NCBI GenBank assembly: GCA_044225505.1
Contig: JBGAIN010000012.1
Span: forward strand, 17,358 to 81,357
Direction: 5' to 3'
From: Limisphaerales bacterium
GTDB lineage: Bacteria; Verrucomicrobiota; Verrucomicrobiia; Limisphaerales; SIBE01
Length of the DNA stretch: 64,000 nt
Below are positions 47,838 through 55,822 of this stretch, in pieces. The notes below the pieces were generated by a model. It had not been told where the DNA came from, ran no database searches, and worked only from the letters and a program-made list of their open reading frames with translations. Both the position numbers and the translations under genes were made by a program. The stretch's first letter is position 1; the number at the start of each line of letters is the position of its first letter.

Positions 47838-50456
47838 CTACGACGTTGGTGACGCTGTTCCCGGATATTCAAAGTCCTCGATGCTGTTCCGCGCTCGAAT
47901 CCGTCCCACGACTTCCACTTGGGCTCCGTCGCTGATCAAATAGAACGCGTTGGTGGTATACCCTTCCAGTCGGCCCGCGTCGGCTACGGCTTCCTGCGTC
48001 GTGGTGAGCACGCCGTCGACCGCGAAGTCCAGCACGACGTCCTTCGCACTCCGACCTGTGTTGGTGGCGACCAGATAAAAGACCGTCAGTTTCGCTTCGA
48101 CCAGAGGGACGTCCGGGATGGTTTGAATAGGATCGGCCTGCGCGAACCGCAACGCGCCTACGGGCATTGGGGTCGATTGAGCGTTGACCGTCAGCGGCTG
48201 CTGGTTCGGTTTTGTGCCGACGACTAAGCCCGTAAACGTTACGGGGCCGGTGTTAGTCATCACGAAACGCTGCTTGAACTCCGTCAAGGCCCCTGGAGAC
48301 ACCGTGGCAATGCGCGAGGGCTGAATCTCATCGTAGGCAAAACCCGGCCCGCCGCCGGTGACACGCAGCTCCGCCGTCACCGCGGTCAGCGTCTCGCCAG
48401 ACGCATTGCGAAACCGCGCGGTGACGTCCACAAACTCCCCGACAACGGCATCCGCCGGACGATGTGTGACGACAAAATCCTGCACGTTGGCCCGCGCTTC
48501 GACCAAATCCACAGGGTCAAAAGGGGCTAAGGTAGTGGATACATACAAGCGAACACTGATTGCAGCACCCGCACCAGCCGTGACGGGCGTCACGGTCACC
48601 CGGATGCCACTGCCCCCTCCCGGAGGCAAGGCTGGCGATGTCCAACCGTCCGGCGATCGCACCGCCGCGCTGATATCCGTCGTTCCGTCCAAATAGTTGA
48701 AACGCCAACCTGGCGTGTTGTCCTCAGCGGCGTGAATCACGAACTTGTTCGTTGCCGCGGTGCCATTCCCCAATAGAATATCGAATTCGGCTGGCTGCCC
48801 TGGCAGGACGTCGATTTGTTGCGTTTGAGTGTCGACGGGAACGGTATGCCATTCCCGACCTCCGATGAACGCCTCCCTGGGTTCATCCGCGCGCTTAATA
48901 AGCAGATCAGGCCCCAGAGGACGGATCTTAACAAGTTCAGAGATGGCTGGAACAGTCCGGAAGCGCTCCGCGTCCAGGGTGCCCTGCATCACCAGGCTAA
49001 ACTGCCCTTGACCATGATTCGTGCCTTGGAGCTGCCACTGCAGATTGGTTTCCCCTCCTGGCAGCAATGTCACGGGTTCGCTTGGCACTGGCCCCGCCAG
49101 ATTCTTCCAATCGCCCGTTCCGATCCATTTGAGCGAGTCAAACGGCGCCAAAGCCGAGATAGTGCTGTCGCTCAGCGACGTTAGGGTCGCCTTCACCGTC
49201 AACGTCTGACCTTCGTCCACTTGGTTTGTGGCGACCGTTAAGCGCACGCTGAGACTTGGGGAAAACAATACCGCGTAGTTTTTCCCGTCCGCAGTCTTTT
49301 GTACGCCCGTCAGCACCTGGCCTCGCTCGTTGACATCGCGGAGCCAGGTACCAGGGCCATAACCAAAGCTGCTCAAGGAAAGGCCCAGCGGCGTCAGTGT
49401 CAATGTCTCCGAAGCATCACGAACATGAACGTAGAGCTCATTGGATCGAAGCACATACAGCTGACCCGCTTGGTTGAAACGCAGATCTTGGATATCCAGG
49501 GCGCTGGCGCGTCGCACCGATCCATCGGCCCGCGATAACCAAAGCCCACCCTGGTCAACTCCCGCAACGTCGCCCGCATCGTTGACCGCTAGCATATTCG
49601 AAACAGGTTGAATTTCGGGTACTCGACCCGGACCGTCCTGGGCGATGATGCGTTCTGTCAGAGGAGAAGCAACCACCAGCGTGCGATAGAGCGCATTACC
49701 ACAAGCGTCCGACCGTATCAAAAGGACAGTGCCATTCGGGCTGATGCTTTTAATCCCGTAAGCGAGGGTCGCTCTTCCCTGGCACACAGGCACAGCAGCC
49801 GTCCCCGGCAGCGGCATCACCAAGGTGTCCCGGAACAGACCTACAGGCGCATTCGGGTCTCTCCCCCAGTTGAAAGGCACGTCTGGCAGATCTCGCAGCC
49901 GGACCTCCACAAACCAATGTCCCAACATGTGCCCGTCGAGCGAGATTCCATCGACCATAAAGGCCTGGCGTCGGACGTAGCTCGCGTCGGATGGGTAGTC
50001 TTCGTAGCGGTATCCAGCAGCCAGCTTCCCCTCGCCGCTGGGAGACCCTTGATAGACCGAATAGATCGTATCGAGTGGATCGTTAGGCCGCGTCGGATCG
50101 GCACCAAAGTGAAAGAACCGACCGTCATCGCCAAAGCCTAATGCACTTCGATTCGGGATAGGCGCGAAGCTGAGGTCGTTGAGACCCGCTGTCCGACCGT
50201 AATGCGCTTTCGACAGCCACAGCCCTGGGCGCCAGTCGCCGCGGGTGTAAAGCACCTCACCGTCGTTATTAAGAATCCGCACTTTGCCGTCCGCTGCGAA
50301 CGAGTTACCGCCGAACGCCCGTGAGGTGGGATCTCCCAGTCGGTTGCCGAGTTCGAACAATTCGCGTGCAGTGTAGCCCGCTGCGGCCGCATCAGCCACA
50401 GAGCCGGTAAAACAGATCAGAGCGACTGTCAATTTCCCCAGAAGCCAAGATTTCAT
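47838..50456 (-). CDS. Secreted large repeat protein, probably the N-terminal part of the metalloprotease gene above.
   Basis: I chose the start at MKSWLLGKLTVALICFTGSVADAAAAG (signal peptide). The remainder is long and beta-rich. The stop at 47838-47840 lies 20 nt upstream of the next ORF, which has no signal peptide. Confidence 0.75.
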   Translation of the reverse strand: MKSWLLGKLTVALICFTGSVADAAAAGYTARELFELGNRLGDPTSRAFGGNSFAADGKVRILNNDGEVLYTRGDWRPGLWLSKAHYGRTAGLNDLSFAPIPNRSALGFGDDGRFFHFGADPTRPNDPLDTIYSVYQGSPSGEGKLAAGYRYEDYPSDASYVRRQAFMVDGISLDGHMLGHWFVEVRLRDLPDVPFNWGRDPNAPVGLFRDTLVMPLPGTAAVPVCQGRATLAYGIKSISPNGTVLLIRSDACGNALYRTLVVASPLTERIIAQDGPGRVPEIQPVSNMLAVNDAGDVAGVDQGGLWLSRADGSVRRASALDIQDLRFNQAGQLYVLRSNELYVHVRDASETLTLTPLGLSLSSFGYGPGTWLRDVNERGQVLTGVQKTADGKNYAVLFSPSLSVRLTVATNQVDEGQTLTVKATLTSLSDSTISALAPFDSLKWIGTGDWKNLAGPVPSEPVTLLPGGETNLQWQLQGTNHGQGQFSLVMQGTLDAERFRTVPAISELVKIRPLGPDLLIKRADEPREAFIGGREWHTVPVDTQTQQIDVLPGQPAEFDILLGNGTAATNKFVIHAAEDNTPGWRFNYLDGTTDISAAVRSPDGWTSPALPPGGGSGIRVTVTPVTAGAGAAISVRLYVSTTLAPFDPVDLVEARANVQDFVVTHRPADAVVGEFVDVTARFRNASGETLTAVTAELRVTGGGPGFAYDEIQPSRIATVSPGALTEFKQRFVMTNTGPVTFTGLVVGTKPNQQPLTVNAQSTPMPVGALRFAQADPIQTIPDVPLVEAKLTVFYLVATNTGRSAKDVVLDFAVDGVLTTTQEAVADAGRLEGYTTNAFYLISDGAQVEVVGRIRARNSIEDFEYPGTASPTS

Positions 50457-51169
50457 GCAGTTGTGGAATAAGTGCCGAACCTGACAAAAGACCCATGACT
50501 GCGCCGGCACAAATCATACGCGACGATACTCAACGCTTTGGAATCGATTGCCGGTGCCTACAAGCCCATGCCACTCGGCCAAATTAAGCTCGTACCTGAG
50601 CGAAAATGTCTAGTTCTATTGCCGTGGTAGCGACCAAGCCGATTGGCTCGGGTGGCGATTGTGAGGCGACCTCGTATGGTCAACAAACGCACGCGCCAGG
50701 CGTTAGCAGAATTTCCGAATTTTCCCCCCACTCCGACGACAATTGGGCCGTCGCCTTGTCCAATTTCGGTCCCGTGTCGCCAAAGCAAAAGGCTGCCATC
50801 AAAAACGTTTTGAATTCGACGTTGCCATTGACGGTGGAGCTTTAGGTGTGCTGTTGGAAATCGATCCACTGGCTAGCCGAAGCAATTATGCCGGGCACGG
50901 AAGACAGCCTCATCAGGCCTGAAGCTGCGCAAGGCGGAGTTTTAGGATACACAAAATGCTCGGTCACCGAGCCAGCGTTGTTTGTTTCAGCGACACAGAT
51001 TTGAGCAGAAGGAGACCGAGTTGGCCATGCTGTCGGAACTCCGAGCGATTAACGCACTCGATTCGAAGCACTTAGCCGCTTCAGCAGCTTCGTGAGCCAA
51101 AATCTCTATTCTGCAATGACCGTCTTCCTTCTTTTAACCTCACCGGATGGCGTAAATTCGATCCACTAA

Positions 51170-51700
51170 GTGAAGGAACAGTTCCAGTCGGAATTCCCTA
51201 CGGAAGGCGGTCCGCGAGCGGTCCCCATGTCGATCCCCGATCATGAACTCCTCCGGTGCATTGGACGGGGCAGCTACGGCGAAGTCTGGCTTGCCCGGCA
51301 CGCGCGCCTCGGCGCGTTGCGCGCCGTCAAAATCGTGCGACGCGATTGTTTCGGTGAAGCCCGCCGATTCCAGCGCGAGTTCGCCGGTCTGCAGAAATAC
51401 GAGCCAGTCTCATGGGGTCATCCAAACCTCATGGCGATCCTCCATGTCGGCGGCGCAGACGACCATTTCTACTGCGTGATGGAGCTGGCAGATCGAGCGG
51501 CAATGCCGAGTATCGAATGCTTAAATCGGGATAAAGATCAAGATTCAGTCGATGAGCTTTCTGCGGCGGGGCCTGCGCACCTGAACCGCGCCGCCGCTAT
51601 CGCCTCAAAAAATGGGCGGCGTGCCCCCCCACCGGCCGAGCCTCCGCCCTTCACCAACGTCGCACCCGGTAGAAGCGCCCAGGGCCGACAGAGCGGGTAG
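51170..51700 (+). pseudogene. Remnant of a Ser/Thr protein kinase (N-lobe only).
   Basis: GRGSYGEVW (Gly-loop), LRAVKIV (catalytic Lys), REFAGL (alpha-C Glu) and FYCVMELAD (hinge). No HRD or DFG motif follows. The ORF tail is low-complexity and overlaps the 3' end of the convergent gene. Confidence 0.6.
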
Positions 51701-53822
51701 AATCGAACAACTGGATCAATCGACCGTTTCCCGCGACTAAGGGCAATGCGGTCCAAGCTGTGCCTTCAATCCTCTCTTTGTATTCGAGTCGGTAGACTTT
51801 CCCACACTCACTCGAGATAGAACAACGAAAACCCATCGAGTCCCGGCTGGGCTTCAAAATCGGCGTGTGCAATACGGGAGGCCCACTTCCCACGAGAGCT
51901 AGCGCGCGATAGGGCCCGGCGGCAATCGCCACCACATTGCTCAGCCCCGGGGGTACTTCTGTCACACCCCACCACTCGAGGTTGCCCCAGGCAGAGACCG
52001 TTCCGTCCGCCTTTAAGGCCAGGCAATATCCCTCCATCGCCTCCGGAGTATTTCCGCTCAAACGTCCGGCCGCTGCGATCGCGACGACATTGGTCAGACT
52101 TGAGGGCGAGGGATGGAGGCGAGCCCATACCCCCCAGGTTGCCACCGTCCCGTCAGCCTTCAGCGCCATGCCGTGCCCGTACCCGGCGGCAATCGCGACG
52201 ACGTTCGTTAAGTTGTCCGGCAGGTCAATCTGCCCCGCGTCGTCCGCGCCCCATCCAGCCACCGTTCCATCGTCCCTTAACGCGAGTCCCCATGGTTGAT
52301 TGGTCAGGGCGCCGAAGCTCATTCCACCAGCGGCAATCGCGACCACATTGCTCAAGCGGGAGGTCTTTGTGTCGGTGATCTCAGTGTAGCCTTCGAAGCT
52401 CAGACCGTTGAGCGAGAACACCGTCCCGTTGTCCCGTAAAGCGAGCACATTGCCTCGGTTGCCCGAAACGGCCACCACATTGGTGGGAGACAACGCCAAC
52501 TCGGGATCCCGCGCAGAATGAAGTGTGCCGTCCGCCCAAAGCACCGGCAGTTCCCGGGCGCTAACGGCAATCGACACGACGTTAGTCATACCAAAAAGGA
52601 CATTCGTTTCGCCAGCCCAGGACCACCCCGGATCATATTCCCATTCGATGATGGTTCCATCTTGCTTGAGAGCCGCGCTCACGCTGGTGTCGGCAAAGCC
52701 CGGGATATTCGAGCCACCCGATCCAATCGCGACCACGTTGGTGAGCCCAGGTGGCAATCGCTTCTGCGCCTCTCCAACGTCTCCCCAGGCGACGACCTTG
52801 TTGACCGGGGCAGTTTCCACCGGCGACGAAATGTCGCCGGAAGCCAGGATTGCTCCTCCCTCTCCTGCTGCCAGAAATTGTCCGTTGCCGAACGTGATGG
52901 CCGTTAGCTCCGGCGCTTCCACACCATGCTTAACCCACGTCACCCCGTCGGCAGAGGAGAGAATAGGATGCGGATCGCCAGCGCAGACGACCACAAACTG
53001 ACCGCCGCCATAGGCAACGCCCAGGTACTGCGATTGCCCGGCTTCTGACAGTCGTGAGGTCCAAACTAATCCGTCGTCCGATGTGAAGATCGTACTCCGT
53101 AGGCGGACAAAATCCGCTTCATAAGCAACTCCCAAGGCGACAAACTGGCCGCCGACGAAGTCCAGCCGATTAAACATCAGCCGAGGACCGCTTAAGCTGC
53201 GCGTCGTCTCAGGCGAAGCCTGCTGCCAGTTCGAACCGTCGTTGGAAATCCAGACGTGAGTCTGGTAGTTGGTCGTGCCATTCCCAAAATCGCTTTCAAA
53301 TGCAACAAAATGGCCGTTGCCGAACGTGATCCGGTTAAAACCATGAAGCGCTTCGGTTTTGTGCCGGACCCAGTTCATGCCATTCTCAGAGGTGAGCACC
53401 AACGTGCCACTTCCTCCCGCGACAAATACACCTCCACCGTAGGCAATGCCGGCAATCCACTCTGAGTCCGACCATGGATTGGCCCACGTCGTCCCGTCAA
53501 AAGTGACGACCTGGCTTTGTCCCCACAGCGGATTGAAACCGCCCGCTAGGAAACGATCATTCCCGCTGGCGAGGCTCAGCAACGGAAACGGGCTCCCAAG
53601 ATTCGCGGGCGGGTTCCAACCCCCGAGATCGCCTTGGGTCCAGTGGATACCGTCTTCGGAAGACAGAACAATATCACCCACCGCGACAAAACGCCCGCCT
53701 CCGTGAGCTAGGCGGGCGATGCGATAGTTGTCTGGCTGGCGGACCACTGTCCACGTGTCCAGCGGATCCGAAGCCGCCATGAGTTGCGCAGACGTTGCGA
53801 TCGCGAGAATCAGGTTCTTCAT
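51651..53822 (-). CDS. Secreted beta-propeller protein with C-terminal RCC1-like repeats.
   Basis: Signal peptide MKNLILAIATSAQLMAAS. The N-terminal half has W/G-rich blades (DGIHWTQ, DGTTWAN, NGMNWVR, DGSNWQQ, DGLVWTS, DGVTWVK). The RCC1-like repeats are NVVAIAAGYGHGMALKADGTVATWG, NVVAIAAAG...CLALKADGTVSAWG and NVVAIAAGPYRALAL. Confidence 0.85.
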   Translation of the reverse strand: MKNLILAIATSAQLMAASDPLDTWTVVRQPDNYRIARLAHGGGRFVAVGDIVLSSEDGIHWTQGDLGGWNPPANLGSPFPLLSLASGNDRFLAGGFNPLWGQSQVVTFDGTTWANPWSDSEWIAGIAYGGGVFVAGGSGTLVLTSENGMNWVRHKTEALHGFNRITFGNGHFVAFESDFGNGTTNYQTHVWISNDGSNWQQASPETTRSLSGPRLMFNRLDFVGGQFVALGVAYEADFVRLRSTIFTSDDGLVWTSRLSEAGQSQYLGVAYGGGQFVVVCAGDPHPILSSADGVTWVKHGVEAPELTAITFGNGQFLAAGEGGAILASGDISSPVETAPVNKVVAWGDVGEAQKRLPPGLTNVVAIGSGGSNIPGFADTSVSAALKQDGTIIEWEYDPGWSWAGETNVLFGMTNVVSIAVSARELPVLWADGTLHSARDPELALSPTNVVAVSGNRGNVLALRDNGTVFSLNGLSFEGYTEITDTKTSRLSNVVAIAAGGMSFGALTNQPWGLALRDDGTVAGWGADDAGQIDLPDNLTNVVAIAAGYGHGMALKADGTVATWGVWARLHPSPSSLTNVVAIAAAGRLSGNTPEAMEGYCLALKADGTVSAWGNLEWWGVTEVPPGLSNVVAIAAGPYRALALVGSGPPVLHTPILKPSRDSMGFRCSISSECGKVYRLEYKERIEGTAWTALPLVAGNGRLIQLFDSTRSVGPGRFYRVRRW

Positions 53823-53856
53823 GAAATTAAAAAATCAGCTGGCGCGAATTCTGCCC

Positions 53857-54678
53857 CTATTTCGCAGGCTTGTACCACATCCAGTCCTCACCCGGTTCGA
53901 GCGCGCGGAGTGGATTCGCGTGGAAGATCTTAGTGAAATCGCAAGCGTGGCTATGTCCATCGACGAACAAGATGGGCGCGACCAACTTGTCGCGATCTAA
54001 CTTCAGGTTTGCCGGATTGAACGCCTTGCCAGGAGCCTTGGAGTAGTGCCACTGGGCGATCGAGACAGTGCCCGCGCCATCAACGTCCCACGGGAAGGTC
54101 GCAGCCTCGTGAAACATAATGAAGCGAGTGGGCTCAAGCACCCAATCTTCCTTCTTGCCAGCCAGGTTGTAGCCTGGGTCTTCTGCCACACCAAGCTTTT
54201 GGTAATTGTCCTGGAGGTACCAATTGAACCGGTAAGAGCCGCCAAAGACTTTGAAACAGGACGGGCTCACCTTGAAAATATCCATGCCCCGATCAGCAGG
54301 ACAATGCCACGCTTCGGATCCAGAGATGTAAGGAGCCAGCAGCCGGTCCTTAGCTCGGGAATAGAGCGGCACAAGCTCCGGCTCGGGATCGCCGCCTCCC
54401 AAAGCGTTGCCGTAGTTCACGTACGGAGTCGCGCTGGAATTGAACTGCGTCGAGTCGCCCGGAGGAAAGATGGAATTGGAATCGCCCAGGTACATATGCA
54501 TGCCAAAGGCAATCTGGTGCAGATTGCTCAGGCACTTGGTCAGTTGGGTCTTTTGCTTGGCGCGACCCAGCGCGGGCGAGAGCATCGAAGCGAGGACGCC
54601 AATAATGGCGATGACGACGAGGAGTTCGATGAGTGTGAATCCCGGCGCCTCGCCACAACGAAAGCAGTGCGGCTTCAT
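53857..54678 (-). CDS. Prepilin-type N-terminal cleavage/methylation-domain protein (type II secretion pseudopilin-like).
   Basis: I chose the start at MKPHCFRCGEAPGFTLIELLVVIAIIGVLASMLSPALGRAKQKTQLTKCLSNLHQI. It lies 35 nt upstream of the RCC1-repeat gene on the same strand. Confidence 0.85.
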   Translation of the reverse strand: MKPHCFRCGEAPGFTLIELLVVIAIIGVLASMLSPALGRAKQKTQLTKCLSNLHQIAFGMHMYLGDSNSIFPPGDSTQFNSSATPYVNYGNALGGGDPEPELVPLYSRAKDRLLAPYISGSEAWHCPADRGMDIFKVSPSCFKVFGGSYRFNWYLQDNYQKLGVAEDPGYNLAGKKEDWVLEPTRFIMFHEAATFPWDVDGAGTVSIAQWHYSKAPGKAFNPANLKLDRDKLVAPILFVDGHSHACDFTKIFHANPLRALEPGEDWMWYKPAK

Positions 54679-54891
54679 GCTTCGAAATGCATCGTGACAA
54701 AAGCTCAGTCTCATCTGTTCGAAAAGAAACCGCTTCCAGCCGGTCCATTCTTTCAAGAAAAGACAAAAATAACCGCACTCGAATGTCGAAACCGCTGCAA
54801 GAAGTGCCACGAGTCGCGCGGTCTCTCTGCAAATGGGAACACCGGACTACAATCGGCGTGCATTCACACCCAACTTTGATCCAACTGACTT

Positions 54892-55257
54892 GTGAATGAC
54901 TCTCCCTCCGTTCCCACGCGCCAGAGCTTGCTCGCACGCCTCAAGGATTGGCGAGACCAAGCGAGCTGGCAGGAGTTCTTCGACAGCTACTGACGCCTGA
55001 TCCACGCTACCGCGTTGAAGGCCGGCCTGGTTGACTCTGAGGCCCAGGAGGTTGTGCAGGAAGTGATGATCGCGGTAGCCAAGAAAATGCCGGAGTTCAG
55101 TGACGATCCAGCCACCGATTCATTCAAAGGCTGGCTGCTGGCGGTGACACGATGGAAAGTGGCAGAGCAGTTCCGGAAACGGCAGAGAACACTCGACCAT
55201 GCCTCTCCTTGTGCCCTCTGCCATCAACGACGTTATGAATGTCGCACACAATGTTGA
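54892..55257 (+). pseudogene. ECF-type sigma-70 factor remnant (in-frame TGA; region 4 missing).
   Basis: From the GTG at 54892 the sequence reads (M)NDSPSVPTRQSLLARLKDWRDQASWQEFFDSY, then the TGA at 54991-54993. It continues RLIHATALKAGLVDSEAQEVVQEVMIAVAKKMPEFSDDPATDSFKGWLLAVTRWKVAEQFRKRQR. Sigma similarity ends near 55190. Confidence 0.7.
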
Positions 55258-55284
55258 CAATTTGTCAACGTGGTGTGCGCCATT
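55238..55284. repeat. Long imperfect palindrome centred on GTTGACA-ATT-TGTCAAC.
   Basis: AATGTCGCACACAATGTTGACAATTTGTCAACGTGGTGTGCGCCATT. The inner 7-bp arms are perfect and the outer arms have a few mismatches. Confidence 0.7.
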
Positions 55285-55450
55285 TGGCCTTCTCGCGCGC
55301 GTGATCCCGCCAGCAGCCGAATTCACAGATAGCCAATACCTAGCGAAGGCAGAGCTCGCGCCTGGGGAACGCCGTCACGGATTGCATCGAATCCAAGCGG
55401 ACCAACCCGGGTGCAGCGCCGGTGCACTCCCGGTGAAAGGCCGCTCAACG

Positions 55451-55494
55451 ACCGGCCTTGCACCGGCCTTGGACCGGCCTTGCACCGGCCTTGC
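55451..55494. repeat. Four tandem copies of an 11-bp unit (ACCGGCCTTG + C/G).
   Basis: Copies of ACCGGCCTTG start at 55451, 55462, 55473 and 55484, separated by C, G and C. Confidence 0.85.
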
Positions 55495-55653
55495 CTCGAA
55501 TGATCCTGCGATGCTGCCGAGCGCCGCAAGACCGCCCCTCCAGAATCGCGCTCTGTCAGCCATTGACATAGAGGCCGTGCCAGCAATGCCCCTTGAGATG
55601 AACCGAATCTTACTTCGCACTGCGTTGAAGAGTGTGCTCGAGTGCAAAGACTG

Positions 55654-55707
55654 GGGAAATGTTGCACACTATGGGCACAATTGTTCCCAGAGTGTGCAAC
55701 ATTTCCC
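55654..55707. repeat. Perfect 17-bp inverted repeat with a 20-nt spacer, 116 nt upstream of the ECF sigma start.
   Basis: GGGAAATGTTGCACACT (55654-55670) and AGTGTGCAACATTTCCC (55691-55707). Confidence 0.85.
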
Positions 55708-55822
55708 GTTCGGGTCCCTCGGAACCAAAGGCTCCGCACGACCGACCCACGGACGATTTCTCGCAGTCCGCGCCAAAAATTCGATTTCCGGATTGGCCGA
55801 TTGGCGGCATCTATCCATTGGA

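Noticed and set aside
54991-54993. TGA recoded as Trp (genetic code 4) or selenocysteine.
   Set aside because: Many well-supported genes in the window, including the 2255-aa ORF and the ThuA pair, terminate at TGA. TAA and TAG also interrupt other genes, so a nonsense mutation is the simpler reading.
55199-55822. The N-terminal 208 codons of the 951-aa track ORF.
   Set aside because: They show no sigma or other protein-like features, and the region is full of palindromes and tandem repeats. The conserved sigma region 2 begins right after the ATG at 55823.
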